A DNA stretch of 64,000 nucleotides from Chloroflexota bacterium. Lineage in GTDB: Bacteria; Chloroflexota; Anaerolineae; Aggregatilineales; UBA3940. The notes beneath the pieces were generated by a model. It was not told where the DNA came from. It did not search any database and was given only the letters and a program-made list of their open reading frames with translations. A program made the position numbers and the translations under genes. Location of the stretch: positions 2,369-66,368 of the forward strand of contig JAADYX010000127.1 in NCBI GenBank assembly GCA_010092885.1. The letters are read 5' to 3'. This document shows positions 36,689 to 46,762 of this stretch, piece after piece. Numbering within the stretch: position 1 is the stretch's first letter; each line of letters starts with the position of its first letter.

Positions 36689-38020
36689 ATGCGTAAAGGC
36701 AGACGTGCCTTTTTACTCTCGCTAGCCAGTGCGTTCTTAGCGGCTTGTCGCGCTGCACTGACCCCCGAACCAACCACCAGCCAGCCCACGCAAACTGCGA
36801 CAGCACCCCCCACAGCAACTGAGCCGGCCGCGGTTCCGGAACCAACCATTACCCCCTCTGAACCGGCCCCAACGGCCACCCGTGAACCGACCAGGGTCAC
36901 CGGGATCTCGTCGCAGATCGCTTATACGCTGCCCCTTGTGACACGCATTGCTACTGCCGATTCAGCTCAGTTTTTCTTTGAATTCAATCAGCCAGCCGGT
37001 GGTGTTCTCATCGTTTGGCCTGAAGAAAACCCGGCTGAGCAGATTCTCCTCCCCTTCGATAGCTCTACGCGCCGCCACCGCTTACCCGTCACAGGCCTGA
37101 CGCCGGGCCAACGCTACCGGGCTGTGGTTGGTGTTGAGACTGAAGACGGATTTACCCACCCTCACTATATCAATGCCGACGAGCAGTGGGGCGAGATCGG
37201 CTTGCGCACCCTGCCTGCCGATGGCCCACTGCGCTTCGGTGTGATCGGTGACGCGGGCTTTGGCGAACAGACCACCTACCTGCTGGTGGAGCAGATGGCA
37301 AACGCCGATCTGGATTTTGTTATCCACACGGGTGATGTCGTTTACGACATTGAGGACAATGCCTCAGCAGAAGAGGCCTGGCTGCTGAAGTGGTTCCTGC
37401 CGTTTGCGCCTGTCCTAAAATCGATGCCAGTCTATCCGGTGATCGGCAACCATGACTACGATCCGGAAGCGCGCTGGCAGGACACCTATTTTTACTACAA
37501 TGTGATCCCGCCCATCACCGATGAGCAACCGAACAGCCAATACTATATGCTCCCACATGGGGATGTGCAGTTCATCTTCTTTGACAGTCAGGTACTGTTT
37601 GGCCAGCCCGGGCGCCAACAGCAGGAAGCATGGCTTGACGAACGCCTCGCGGACCCTGCCTATCGATGGACTATTCCGGTCTTCCATGTGGCCGCTTATA
37701 CCAGCGGTCGCCGCACCGATTCCGACTCAGTGCCGGTCCGGCAGACCTGGGGGGCGAAGTTCGGGGCTGCCAATGTGCCGGTTGCATTTTCCGGACATGA
37801 CCACAACTACGAGCGCCTGATCATAGGGGATACAACCTATATCGTTTCAGGCGGAGGGTCAAACTCCCTCTACGATATGGAAAGCGAGATGGAAGGCAGC
37901 CAGTACTTTGAAAAGGTATCGCACACCGTATGGGTGACGATCCACGCCGATCGGATCGAACTGCAGGCCGTAGCGGCTGATGGGCGGGTGATCGATACGG
38001 CTCTGATTCCGCTGGCCTAA
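36689..38020 (+). CDS. calcineurin-like metallophosphoesterase lipoprotein (purple acid phosphatase-like)
   Basis: Lipobox LAAC followed by a Pro/Thr-rich linker. Motifs GDAGFG, HTGDVVYD, GNHDY, SGHDHNYER. Confidence 0.8.
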   Translation: MRKGRRAFLLSLASAFLAACRAALTPEPTTSQPTQTATAPPTATEPAAVPEPTITPSEPAPTATREPTRVTGISSQIAYTLPLVTRIATADSAQFFFEFNQPAGGVLIVWPEENPAEQILLPFDSSTRRHRLPVTGLTPGQRYRAVVGVETEDGFTHPHYINADEQWGEIGLRTLPADGPLRFGVIGDAGFGEQTTYLLVEQMANADLDFVIHTGDVVYDIEDNASAEEAWLLKWFLPFAPVLKSMPVYPVIGNHDYDPEARWQDTYFYYNVIPPITDEQPNSQYYMLPHGDVQFIFFDSQVLFGQPGRQQQEAWLDERLADPAYRWTIPVFHVAAYTSGRRTDSDSVPVRQTWGAKFGAANVPVAFSGHDHNYERLIIGDTTYIVSGGGSNSLYDMESEMEGSQYFEKVSHTVWVTIHADRIELQAVAADGRVIDTALIPLA

Positions 38021-38655
38021 TCCAGCCCGAGGCGCTTTTCGAGTGCGATAAGCGCATCCTGAAGCTGCTGCTGGCGGATGCTGTTGGTCAGGTCGCCACG
38101 TGTGCGTTCCAGCACACCGCGCAGCTGGTCAACACGCCGCCGCAGCCCCCCCGTGATGGCATCCGGATAGTCAAAGCCCATCAGCACACCATAGATGTCT
38201 TCCATCTGCCCAAAAAGCCGTTCAGCTTCGTCGGTTTCTCCCCGGCGGATGGTATCCAAACACCGGCGGCGCATCTCGCTGGCGGCTTCTGCCAGTCCGT
38301 TAAGGTAGGTTGATCCCGGCACATCAAGTTCCGCCTGTGTTGGCAGCGCTTCATCGCGGATAAGGGCCGCTGCCGCAAATGCCTCAACGTACTCCTTGAG
38401 TGCATCCTGTGTGTAACCAGCGTAGTACAGATCCGGATAGGCGTGCGTCGCATCAATCAACTGCCTGGCGGCTTCGCGCACCTGTTGCAAACCTGGCTCA
38501 GCCTTAGACCATTCGTCCCGATGCATCGCTCGGATTGCATTGGCACAGTGCCGGATGAGGTCCCTGGACTGGTTGAGAGCCGCCTCACGTGCATTGTGGC
38601 GGCTCTCGAACTCTGCCTGTATGGCATCTGCTTCGGACTCAAGGCGATTGTCCAT
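38017..38655 (-). CDS. translin/TRAX-family (C3PO-like) protein
   Basis: All-helical, 212 aa. YLNGLAEAASEMRRRCL and GLRRRVDQLRGVLERTRGDL align by eye with the translin-family core (Y-L-x-G...E-L/M-x-R ... LR-K/R-x-x-D). Its ATG overlaps the ssb stop. Confidence 0.65.
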   Translation of the reverse strand: MDNRLESEADAIQAEFESRHNAREAALNQSRDLIRHCANAIRAMHRDEWSKAEPGLQQVREAARQLIDATHAYPDLYYAGYTQDALKEYVEAFAAAALIRDEALPTQAELDVPGSTYLNGLAEAASEMRRRCLDTIRRGETDEAERLFGQMEDIYGVLMGFDYPDAITGGLRRRVDQLRGVLERTRGDLTNSIRQQQLQDALIALEKRLGLD

Positions 38656-39071
38656 CAGAAGGGCAGATCTTCTTCAGTCTGCGGCGTGTAGCTGTCTTCA
38701 CTGCTGTCCTGCGAGTCATACATCCCATCATCCGATGTGCTTGAGCCGCCACCCTGCAGGAACTTGACTTCGCGGGCCGTGATTTCCAGACTCGCTCGGG
38801 CCTGGCCATCACGACTGGTGTAGGCAGAGGCTTCAACCTCACCGACCACCATGACCTGACGTCCTTTCTTGAGATACTGGTATGTTGTTTCCGCCAACCG
38901 CCGCCAGCATGAGACCTTAAACCATGTGGTTTTTTCGCCTTTGCGCCCGTCGGCTGTGGTCCACCGCCGGTTTACAGCGACCGTAAAGCTGGTGACAGGT
39001 GTGCCGTCATTTGTGTAGCGCATCTCAGGGTCACGCCCGAGGTTGCCCACAATAATAGTCTGTTGATACAC
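38655..39071 (-). CDS. ssb: single-stranded DNA-binding protein
   Basis: GTG start with AGGAG SD. IIVGNLGRDPEMRYT..G..VTSFTVAV, acidic tail ending DLPF. Confidence 0.93.
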   Translation of the reverse strand: MYQQTIIVGNLGRDPEMRYTNDGTPVTSFTVAVNRRWTTADGRKGEKTTWFKVSCWRRLAETTYQYLKKGRQVMVVGEVEASAYTSRDGQARASLEITAREVKFLQGGGSSTSDDGMYDSQDSSEDSYTPQTEEDLPF

Positions 39072-39232
39072 GTCATGCGCTCCTTGTTGCCGTATTAGTT
39101 GTACCCGTAAGTCGCTTGCCTACAGATCAGAACAAGTGTACCATCAATCGTGCTGCTGTGCTGCTCACTGGCTGAGCGGAAGCGCAGCATCTTAGTTTAC
39201 CGCCCGGTTGTGACACCTACCGCCACAACCGT

Positions 39233-40009
39233 ATGATTCCTTTAACACACACGGCCTGGCTTGCTGGTCAATCCGCAGGCATGCTAATATGGCAGATGAA
39301 TGCAGCCAACAGGATACTACCTATGAGCCGTGACATAAACGTCGGCGACACAAAGCGACAGTTTGAACGCGACGGCCTCCCTGCGGGGACAGGTCGCCTC
39401 AATCCACAGGCCGCCGAGACGCATACCCGCATCTCCCAGCAGGACCGCCAGCGGCTGATGCGTGATCTGGCAGGCACCGGGTCGCTCAAGCGGCAGATCA
39501 AGGTTGACAAAGCCCCGGTGACCATTAAGCAGTTCCTGCGCGGCGAGATCGAGCTCGATACTGAGCTTGCCCGCCGGTTTGCCAGCGCCCCATTGATGAC
39601 CTCCATTGCCCGTTCCCCGCGTGACAACCGCCCGGCGAGCCATGCAATCGCCATGCTGACCAACCAGGACTCCAGCGCCATGCTGACCTTGGATATCTAC
39701 AGCGACCAGGAAGTGATGGAAGCCACATTTACACTCAACCATATGTTGGCCCAGCGCTTTTATATGGAGCATCTCAACGGATACGATAAGCGTCGCTGGC
39801 TTGACCTGATGCGCCGCGAGGCTGGGGTAGCCTTCCTGTGGACCAGCCGCCGCTGGGAAGACGACTACCTCATCTTTGTGCTGCGCCCTCACTACGTCCG
39901 GATGTATGCGTTTTCCCCCAAACGCTTTGAAGCATCCGCCCGGCTGACTCATCCTGTCGCACGGCAGCTCATCAACTGGCTGGAGGCACGCTGGTTCCAG
40001 GCCAACTAG
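39233..40009 (+). CDS. hypothetical protein
   Basis: Long ORF with typical codon bias and a terminator downstream. No motif recognised; start uncertain (39233 or 39323). Confidence 0.55.
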   Translation: MIPLTHTAWLAGQSAGMLIWQMNAANRILPMSRDINVGDTKRQFERDGLPAGTGRLNPQAAETHTRISQQDRQRLMRDLAGTGSLKRQIKVDKAPVTIKQFLRGEIELDTELARRFASAPLMTSIARSPRDNRPASHAIAMLTNQDSSAMLTLDIYSDQEVMEATFTLNHMLAQRFYMEHLNGYDKRRWLDLMRREAGVAFLWTSRRWEDDYLIFVLRPHYVRMYAFSPKRFEASARLTHPVARQLINWLEARWFQAN

Positions 40010-40032
40010 CCGCTCCTTTCACGCAAACAGAG

Positions 40033-40052
40033 GCAGCCGCGGGCTGCTTTTT
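40033..40052 (+). terminator. intrinsic terminator
   Basis: gcagcc-gcg-ggctgc followed by ttttt. Confidence 0.55.
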
Positions 40053-40117
40053 GTTTGAATATTGTGAAAGTCAGTACACTCTACTTTCGGCCTGAACAAC
40101 TGTTTTGAGGAACCACA

Positions 40118-41056
40118 GTGTTTGAAGTTGTCTTCCTGGGGACAGGAGCCAGCGCTCCCTCGATCCACCGCGGGTTGAGCGCACAAATCGTGATGTACCG
40201 TGAATACCGCTTCCTGGTTGACTGCGGTGAGGGTACACAGCGCCAGATCCTCAAAAGCGGAGTCGGATTCCGGCGGCTGAACCGCATCCTGCTGACCCAT
40301 TCCCATCTGGACCACATCCTGGGGCTGGGGGGATTGATCTCCACCTTTACGCGCTGGGAGGCAATCGATCGCATTGAAATATGGGGAGGGCGGTCCACCC
40401 TTGACCGCGTGCATGACCTGATCTACGGGGTCGTGCTGCGTGGAGCACGCCCCCCGGTTGATATCGACCTGATCGATGTGAAGCCTGGTGTCCTCATGGA
40501 GGATGAGGATTTTCAGGTCAGCGCTTTTCCCGTCAACCACCGCGGTATGGACTGCTTCGGCTACTGCTTTGAGGAGAAATCCCGGCGGCCTTTCCTCAAT
40601 GAAAAAGCGGAAGCCCTCAATGTACCTCGTGGCCCCGAACGCCGCGATCTGGTGCAGGGCAAATCCATCCGGCTTGACAGCGGTCAGATCGTTACACCCG
40701 ATGATGTACTCGGCCCGCCCATCGAAGGCACCAAGGTATGCATCACAGGCGATACCAGTTGGTCGGCCAACCTGCTTGATGCCATACAGGGCGCGGATCT
40801 CCTTGTGTCAGAAGCGACCTATCTCCACCATGAGGAGGAGATGGCACGCCTTTACGGCCACCTGACCGCACGCCAGGCTGCTGAGATCGCCGCCGAAGCA
40901 GGGGTCAGCAACCTTGCACTCTCTCACATCTCACGACGCTACCGTGAACGCGATGTCCTGACGGAAGCACAGGCTGTCTTTCCCCAAACAGTGGTGGCCC
41001 GCGACTTCGACCACTATATTGTCAAACGGGGTGAACCCCTCACCCGTCAGGAGTGA
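40118..41056 (+). CDS. rnz: ribonuclease Z
   Basis: GTG start with GAGGAA SD. FLGTGASAP, HSHLDH, metallo-beta-lactamase fold length. Confidence 0.9.
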   Translation: MFEVVFLGTGASAPSIHRGLSAQIVMYREYRFLVDCGEGTQRQILKSGVGFRRLNRILLTHSHLDHILGLGGLISTFTRWEAIDRIEIWGGRSTLDRVHDLIYGVVLRGARPPVDIDLIDVKPGVLMEDEDFQVSAFPVNHRGMDCFGYCFEEKSRRPFLNEKAEALNVPRGPERRDLVQGKSIRLDSGQIVTPDDVLGPPIEGTKVCITGDTSWSANLLDAIQGADLLVSEATYLHHEEEMARLYGHLTARQAAEIAAEAGVSNLALSHISRRYRERDVLTEAQAVFPQTVVARDFDHYIVKRGEPLTRQE

Positions 41057-41478
41057 AAGCCGTTCACCAACTGCTTTGGCTGTGTCACATCCGCAAGGGT
41101 TGTGCCACCAAAGACCTCTTCAAGCTTGTCACGCGCTTCAATGAAGATCCCACAGATCGGGCAGTCATCACTGAATGCACACGCATTCTGATCCAGCGTG
41201 CAGCGGTTGAGCGTGAGCGGCCCGTCAATTGCCTCGATAATGTCCAAAACCGTTATGGTTTCAGCCGGAACAGCCAGATTGATCCCGCCATTAGCCCCGC
41301 GCGTGGACTCAAAAATCCCGCGGGTCACCAGCTGCGCCACGATCTTGGTCAGGAAGGGCTGGGGGATGTGCTGGCGCTCAGCGATGGTCGCCGTCGGGAT
41401 GCGTTCTCCCTCAGGCAGCTGGGCCACTTCCATGGCAGCGCGCAGTGCATAATCGGCTTGTCTAGTTATCTCCAACAT
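41047..41478 (-). CDS. Rrf2-family transcriptional regulator (three-Cys cluster type)
   Basis: ADYALRAAMEVA wHTH and a C-terminal Cys cluster CTLDQNACAFSDDCPIC. Confidence 0.9.
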   Translation of the reverse strand: MLEITRQADYALRAAMEVAQLPEGERIPTATIAERQHIPQPFLTKIVAQLVTRGIFESTRGANGGINLAVPAETITVLDIIEAIDGPLTLNRCTLDQNACAFSDDCPICGIFIEARDKLEEVFGGTTLADVTQPKQLVNGFHS

Positions 41479-41581
41479 CTTTTTGCCTCACTTCGGCCTA
41501 GTTTGTCACCTTTAAGGCTAATACAAATGGGCTGTTTGCTTTAGTAACATAGATCACCCGGTCGCATGACAGATGTAGGGT

Positions 41582-41587
41582 TATAAT
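41582..41587 (+). promoter_or_regulatory. candidate -10 box (TATAAT) for the Cys-rich ORF/ino1 transcript
   Basis: Perfect TATAAT 29 nt upstream of ATG 41616. No clear -35. Confidence 0.3.
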
Positions 41588-41615
41588 GGAAGTCTGACCC
41601 AATGGAAGGATAGAG

Positions 41616-41873
41616 ATGTGTATGGCCGTACACCGCTGTCATATTTGTGATCGCAACCCCGCTGAAAAAAGACGGCTAAACGGCACCGGCCTGCAGGATG
41701 GCGTCTACTGCCCGGTTTGCAACATGCCAACGTGCTCGCATCATCTCACGGTAGTACGTTGGCGGTGGAAAGACGCACACCGCCAGCTGGACTCGGCTCA
41801 AGTCTGCCGTGAATGCCGCCGCACGTACCGCCACCGGAGCTGGGATCCGCTGCACCGCGACTGGATCAGCTAG
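41616..41873 (+). CDS. 85 aa Cys/His-rich small protein (putative zinc ribbon), hypothetical
   Basis: GGAAGGA SD. CxxC (CHIC), CPVC-x4-C-x-HH, CRECRR. Confidence 0.5.
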   Translation: MCMAVHRCHICDRNPAEKRRLNGTGLQDGVYCPVCNMPTCSHHLTVVRWRWKDAHRQLDSAQVCRECRRTYRHRSWDPLHRDWIS

Positions 41874-41961
41874 CGTAAAACCTTCGATAGACCGCTTGAA
41901 TTCATGCGCCGGCGGGGCTAGGATCAGACCCTTAGATGATCATCTATCATGGGAGACATGC

Positions 41962-43062
41962 GTGAGCGACGAAAAAGTACGGGTGGGGATTATTGGGGTT
42001 GGTAACTGCGCATCGGCTTTGGTCCAGGGCGTCCACTACTATCATGATGCCACAGAGGACGAACGGGTCCCTGGCCTGATGAATGTCAACCTGGGCGGCT
42101 ATCACATCCGCGATATTGAATTCAGCGCGGCCTTTGATATTGACCGTGAGAAAGTCGGCTTGGACCTCTCCGAGGCGATCCATGCCGGGCAGAACAACAC
42201 CGTTCAATTTGCCGATGTGCCCACATTGGATGTGCCGGTCCATCGCGGCATGACCCACGATGGATTGGGTCGCTATCTGAAACAGAAGATCGAGAAGGCT
42301 CCGGGCAAAACCGACAACATCACCCAGATTCTAAAGGACACGGGCACCGATGTGGTGATCAACTTCCTGCCTGTGGGCAGCGAACAGGCCACCAAATGGT
42401 ATGTCGAGCAGATCCTTAATGCAGGTTGTGCCTTCGTGAACTGCATTCCCGTTTTCATTGCAAACCAGCCGTACTGGCAGGCGCGGTTCGCCGAGCGCGG
42501 TTTGCCCATTATCGGTGACGACATCAAGAGCCAGGTCGGCGCCACGATTGTACATCGTGTGCTGGCCAATTTGTTCCAGGATCGCGGTGTGCTGCTGGAA
42601 CGTACCAGCCAGCTAAACGTGGGCGGCAACATGGACTTCTATAACATGCTGGAGCGCGATCGCCTGGAGAGCAAAAAGGTGAGCAAAACTCAGGCCGTCA
42701 CGTCCCTAGTTGAACACGACATGGAACCGGACAACGTCTACATCGGCCCGAGTGACTATGTGCCATGGCTGGATGATCGCAAGTGGGCATACATCCGGCT
42801 GGAAGGGCGCAGCTTCGGCGATGTCCCCCTCAACGTGGAGCTCAAGCTCGAAGTATGGGACAGTCCCAATTCAGCAGGTGTGACAATCGATGCGGTGCGC
42901 TGTGCTAAGCTCGCCCTTGACCGCGGTCTGCGCGGCGCGCTTGTGGCACCGAGCAGCTACTTCATGAAGTCCCCACCTCAGCAGATCCCGGACGATGAAG
43001 CCCATGTTTTGGTTAAGGCATTCATCGACGGTGAGGAGAGCGGCCACCTGACCGGAGTATAA
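41962..43062 (+). CDS. ino1: myo-inositol-1-phosphate synthase
   Basis: Start moved to GTG 41962 (GGGAGA SD). [41 protein letters not shown]. Confidence 0.9.
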   Translation: MSDEKVRVGIIGVGNCASALVQGVHYYHDATEDERVPGLMNVNLGGYHIRDIEFSAAFDIDREKVGLDLSEAIHAGQNNTVQFADVPTLDVPVHRGMTHDGLGRYLKQKIEKAPGKTDNITQILKDTGTDVVINFLPVGSEQATKWYVEQILNAGCAFVNCIPVFIANQPYWQARFAERGLPIIGDDIKSQVGATIVHRVLANLFQDRGVLLERTSQLNVGGNMDFYNMLERDRLESKKVSKTQAVTSLVEHDMEPDNVYIGPSDYVPWLDDRKWAYIRLEGRSFGDVPLNVELKLEVWDSPNSAGVTIDAVRCAKLALDRGLRGALVAPSSYFMKSPPQQIPDDEAHVLVKAFIDGEESGHLTGV

Positions 43063-43095
43063 TAAGGGAGAACACACTCAAGTACTGGAACAGCT

Positions 43096-44271
43096 ATGGA
43101 CACGCCCGAACTCGTTCTTATGATTCTCGCTGCTGCTGGCGCAGTGGCCATCTTCTTATACCTTCGTCACCGTCACGTAGAACGCCTGCGTGCTCGCCTT
43201 CATAGTTCTGTAGAAATGAGCGGTCCTATCCAGCAGGCTTTGGACATTATCACCAAACCGGAAGTCACGGAGGCAGCAGCCGTCGGCGGGGTGACCTTTG
43301 TTGAACTGGCCTGGCAGATCACGTTGGCGGACCCATCAGCCTGGGAGCACATTTCCTCTGCGGGAGCACTCAGCGGGGCAGAACCACTGGTACACACGTC
43401 CGGCCTGCTGGACTCGCTCACTCAAACCGAGGCCCTACAGGTCTTCACCGACATGCTGGACAACCCCGCGGCTGATGTGGTTGCGGGCGCGGCAGTTGAA
43501 GGCATGGTTGACGGCGCAGCCTCTTCAGCCGATGCCATTCTCGATGCCAGCAACACGGGCGTCGTGTTCTCAGTACCGGTCGTGACTGCTGCCTTTGCAG
43601 CCTATCGAGCATGGCGCCGCTCACAGAATGGCACCGATCCAAAGCGCAACCTCGAGTTTGCAGCGGTAGAAGTGGTCACGCGGGCGGGCGGCGGCATGAC
43701 GGGGGCTAAAGCTGGTGGTGTGGTCGGCACCTTGATCGCGCCGGGTGTTGGTACCATCATCGGAACAGTGACCGGTGCAATCGCTGGAACTCTTGGAGGG
43801 GCTGCTCTCGGCGAACAGGTCAAACAACACCATATCGAGCGCTCCCGCCGTGAATTCCGGGCCGCGCTTGATGACCTTGGCGAACACTATCTCACCGATG
43901 AGGCCCGCTTTTCAAAGTTGACAGGCTTGCTGGCTGAACAAGAAAAGCTGGCCATCGAGAACGTGGCACAGACACGCCGCCGCTTCACCAATGCGGCTGT
44001 ACCCTTCCGCGTGATCTGGCCGGATGAGAAATTTGTTCTCATGCAGGAGACACTCAAGCTCGCTGAGCTAAAGCTGGCCGAACTCAAGCAAGGTACCGCA
44101 GATGCTGTCACCCGTTTGCAGTACATGCGGGCGGCGGGCAAGCACCATGAATTGGGTGCGATGCTCTGGCACAGCCAGCCTTTGATCGAGCGGCTCAATC
44201 CTGAGCCCGATCTGCTCAATCGGCTGCAAACAAGCAGCGTGCGGCTCGCCTATGAGGAGGCACAGTTGTGA
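43096..44271 (+). CDS. hypothetical membrane protein with a glycine-zipper segment and C-terminal coiled coil
   Basis: N-terminal TM helix, GGGMTGAKAGGVVGTLIAPGVGTIIGTVTGAIAGTLGGAALG, then LKLAELKLAELK. Its stop overlaps the tsaB GTG. Confidence 0.6.
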   Translation: MDTPELVLMILAAAGAVAIFLYLRHRHVERLRARLHSSVEMSGPIQQALDIITKPEVTEAAAVGGVTFVELAWQITLADPSAWEHISSAGALSGAEPLVHTSGLLDSLTQTEALQVFTDMLDNPAADVVAGAAVEGMVDGAASSADAILDASNTGVVFSVPVVTAAFAAYRAWRRSQNGTDPKRNLEFAAVEVVTRAGGGMTGAKAGGVVGTLIAPGVGTIIGTVTGAIAGTLGGAALGEQVKQHHIERSRREFRAALDDLGEHYLTDEARFSKLTGLLAEQEKLAIENVAQTRRRFTNAAVPFRVIWPDEKFVLMQETLKLAELKLAELKQGTADAVTRLQYMRAAGKHHELGAMLWHSQPLIERLNPEPDLLNRLQTSSVRLAYEEAQL

Positions 44272-44921
44272 TCCTCGCCATCGATACTGCGACCCGTTTT
44301 GTCAGTATTGCTCTACATGATGGGCACCGTCTGCTCGCCGAGCATACATGGTTGACTCAGGCTCATCATACGGTCGAACTGACGCCCGCCCTCGCCGATA
44401 TGCTGGCGACACAGACCATTGAGGCTCAAGCGCTCGATGCCATCGCCGTGCCAACCGGACCCGGATCGTACACCGGTCTGCGCATCGGCATGAGTGTTGC
44501 CAAGGGGATTGCTCGCAGCCGGACACCTGCCATCCCGTTGATCGGTGTGCCCACCATGAGTATCCTGGCGGCAGCGCAGCCGCGCCTCAGCAGCCGCTTG
44601 TGCGTGGTGACAGAAGCGGGCCGCCGGCGCGTTAACGCCCAATTCTATCACTGGAAGCTCGGCGGCTGGCAGGCTGAGGGCGAGCCCTTCCTGGCAACCT
44701 GGCCTGAGTTGGCGGAAAAACTGGGCAGTGGCATTCAGGTCAGCGGCGAGATCACCGACGAGGGTCGCGATATACTCGCGGCTCTCGGCAGCGCCATCAC
44801 GCTGAGCCTACCCGCTTACGGTCTGCGCCGTGCTGGTTTTCTCGCCGAACTGGCCTACCAACGGCTGCGTCATGGAGAAACGGACGACCCAGCAACTCTA
44901 GCTCCGCTCTATCTGCGTTAG
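44268..44921 (+). CDS. tsaB: tRNA t6A37 biosynthesis protein TsaB
   Basis: ILAIDTAT..VSIAL, GPGSYTGLRIG. Confidence 0.88.
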   Translation: MILAIDTATRFVSIALHDGHRLLAEHTWLTQAHHTVELTPALADMLATQTIEAQALDAIAVPTGPGSYTGLRIGMSVAKGIARSRTPAIPLIGVPTMSILAAAQPRLSSRLCVVTEAGRRRVNAQFYHWKLGGWQAEGEPFLATWPELAEKLGSGIQVSGEITDEGRDILAALGSAITLSLPAYGLRRAGFLAELAYQRLRHGETDDPATLAPLYLR

Positions 44922-45033
44922 TGTACGATCATATCTGCATCTGATATAAAAAGCGGCCAAGCCAGCAGCCGAATCTGGCAGCGAATATCACTTTGCCCGA
45001 CAATAGCCCAGTGTTTACTTTTCGGAGCCCCTT

Positions 45034-45663
45034 TTGATGCCCCAGGTTATCTTACGCCCCATGCGCCTCGCTGACATCGAAGAGGTGATCGTGCTCAACC
45101 GGCTTGGCTTTTCGCTGCCGTGGGCCCGCAGCACGTACCGGTATGAGATCGCCAAGAACGACCGTTCCACCATGCTCGTCATGGAAAACGCTGCCGAACA
45201 GAAGCCACGTTCTGAACGCCAACCTAACGGGTGGCTCCAACAGCTGTTCGGATTTAAGCCAGCCCAGGAGTCCGAGACGGGTAAGCTGATCGGGTATGCC
45301 GGGTTCTGGCAGGTGCTCGATGAAGCCCATATCAGCACGATCACGGTTCATCCGGATTGGCGAGGCAAGAACCTCGGTGAACTGATGCTCTGGAAGATGA
45401 TCACCCTTGCCATAGAGCAGGATGCGAACAAGGTCACCCTCGAGGTCCGGGTTTCCAATGCGGTGGCCAAAGCGCTCTACTTCAAGTACGGTTTTGAGAT
45501 CGTGGGGATCCGGCACCGGTACTATCGTGATAACAATGAGAACGCCGACATTATGATGGTCGAACCTCTTGACGACGAATACCAGGCGCGCTTGAAGACG
45601 TTTGAAGCCGACCTCCTCGACCGCATCGCTTTGATCGACCGGTTTGCACAGCTCACCCCATGA
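45034..45663 (+). CDS. rimI: GNAT N-acetyltransferase, RimI-like
   Basis: Follows tsaB as usual. VHPDWRGKNLGELML, YFKYGFE. Contains an unusual roughly 35 aa insertion. Confidence 0.8.
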   Translation: MMPQVILRPMRLADIEEVIVLNRLGFSLPWARSTYRYEIAKNDRSTMLVMENAAEQKPRSERQPNGWLQQLFGFKPAQESETGKLIGYAGFWQVLDEAHISTITVHPDWRGKNLGELMLWKMITLAIEQDANKVTLEVRVSNAVAKALYFKYGFEIVGIRHRYYRDNNENADIMMVEPLDDEYQARLKTFEADLLDRIALIDRFAQLTP

Positions 45664-45694
45664 TACAATCCAAAAAAAAACAACCGGAGGCACC

Positions 45695-46762
45695 ATGGAT
45701 CTTAACAACCCCGAGACGTTCAAGGAAATCGATGCCAGCGATATGTTCGCCTTCATCACCGACCTGCCTGACCAGTTTGAGCAGGCATGGGCGCGCCGTA
45801 CGGATCTTGACCTGCCCGCTGGTCTTGGTGATGTCAATCGGATTGTCGTCTGTGGAATGGGCGGTTCGGCTATCAGCGGCGCGCTCGTTTCAGCCCTGGT
45901 TGAAGATACACTCCCCATACCTATTATCTCGAACCGGTCGTACGATCTGCCCGCCTACGCCACCGATGACAGCACTCTCGTTGTGCTGATGAGCCATTCT
46001 GGCACCACAGAAGAAACTCTCTCATGCGCGCGGCAGGCCGTGGAGCGCGGCACCAAGACGCTCGCTGTTACTACCGGTGGTGACCTTGCTCCACTGATCA
46101 CGGACAACGGCGGCGGTGTTGTGCCGTTCGCATATGATTCGCCACCCCGCGCTGCACTCGGCTGGTTGTATGGCAGTCTGCTCGCGGGGCTGCACGCCAT
46201 CGGCATTCTGCCCGATCTATCCGACAGTGTGGCCGAATCCGTTGAGCTGATGCGCGAAGGTCGTAGAATGCTTTCTCCGGAGCACGATGATGACACGAAT
46301 AAGGCCAAGCGCATGGCGGGCCAACTCGTAGACCGGACTCCTATCATTTGGGGCGGGGGCCTGCTCGAACCGGTCGCCAACCGTTGGAAGACCCAGATCA
46401 ACGAGAATGCCAAGTCGGCTGCTTACTTTGAAGCCATGCCTGAACTCAATCACAATGCCGTGGTAGGTACCCAATTCCCGGAAAACGTCGTTATTGGCAA
46501 GATCGCACCGGTTCATCTGCGCAGCCGCAGTGACCATCCGCGCGTCGCCATCCGGCACAAGGCCACCCAACAGCTGCTTCGACAGTACGGCATCGTTGCT
46601 GACTCCGTGATGGCACAGGGTGACAGCCGCCTGGCCCAACAGATGACACTGGTTCAGTTCGGTGACTACGTCAGCTACTATCTGGCCATGGCCTACGGCA
46701 TTGACCCAACCCCTATTGAAGCGATCAATTCACTCAAACAGCAGCTGGCTGAAGCTGGGTAA
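45695..46762 (+). CDS. bifunctional phosphoglucose/phosphomannose isomerase (SIS family)
   Basis: Start moved to ATG 45695 (GGAGG SD). VVCGMGGSAISG, SHSGTTEET. Confidence 0.8.
   Translation: MDLNNPETFKEIDASDMFAFITDLPDQFEQAWARRTDLDLPAGLGDVNRIVVCGMGGSAISGALVSALVEDTLPIPIISNRSYDLPAYATDDSTLVVLMSHSGTTEETLSCARQAVERGTKTLAVTTGGDLAPLITDNGGGVVPFAYDSPPRAALGWLYGSLLAGLHAIGILPDLSDSVAESVELMREGRRMLSPEHDDDTNKAKRMAGQLVDRTPIIWGGGLLEPVANRWKTQINENAKSAAYFEAMPELNHNAVVGTQFPENVVIGKIAPVHLRSRSDHPRVAIRHKATQQLLRQYGIVADSVMAQGDSRLAQQMTLVQFGDYVSYYLAMAYGIDPTPIEAINSLKQQLAEAG

Noticed and set aside
41809-41961. N-terminal extension of the ino1 ORF (ORF-track start 41809)
   Set aside because: The extension overlaps the Cys-rich ORF, is Arg/Ala-rich and does not resemble MIPS N-termini. 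A GTG at 41962 with a GGGAGA SD gives the canonical [13 protein letters not shown] start.
45672-45680. A9 homopolymer between rimI and the isomerase gene as a slippage or phase-variation tract
   Set aside because: It is intergenic, sits upstream of the GGAGG SD, and does not interrupt any frame. It is probably just an AT-rich spacer.
45052-45918. 288 aa minus-strand ORF overlapping rimI and the isomerase gene
   Set aside because: It is antisense to two genes with clear family motifs and SD sequences, and its composition is typical of a shadow frame. The same reasoning applies to 59107-59994, 57623-58330, 26825-27679, 55464-56273, 14692-15414, 1548-2348 and 39317-39952.
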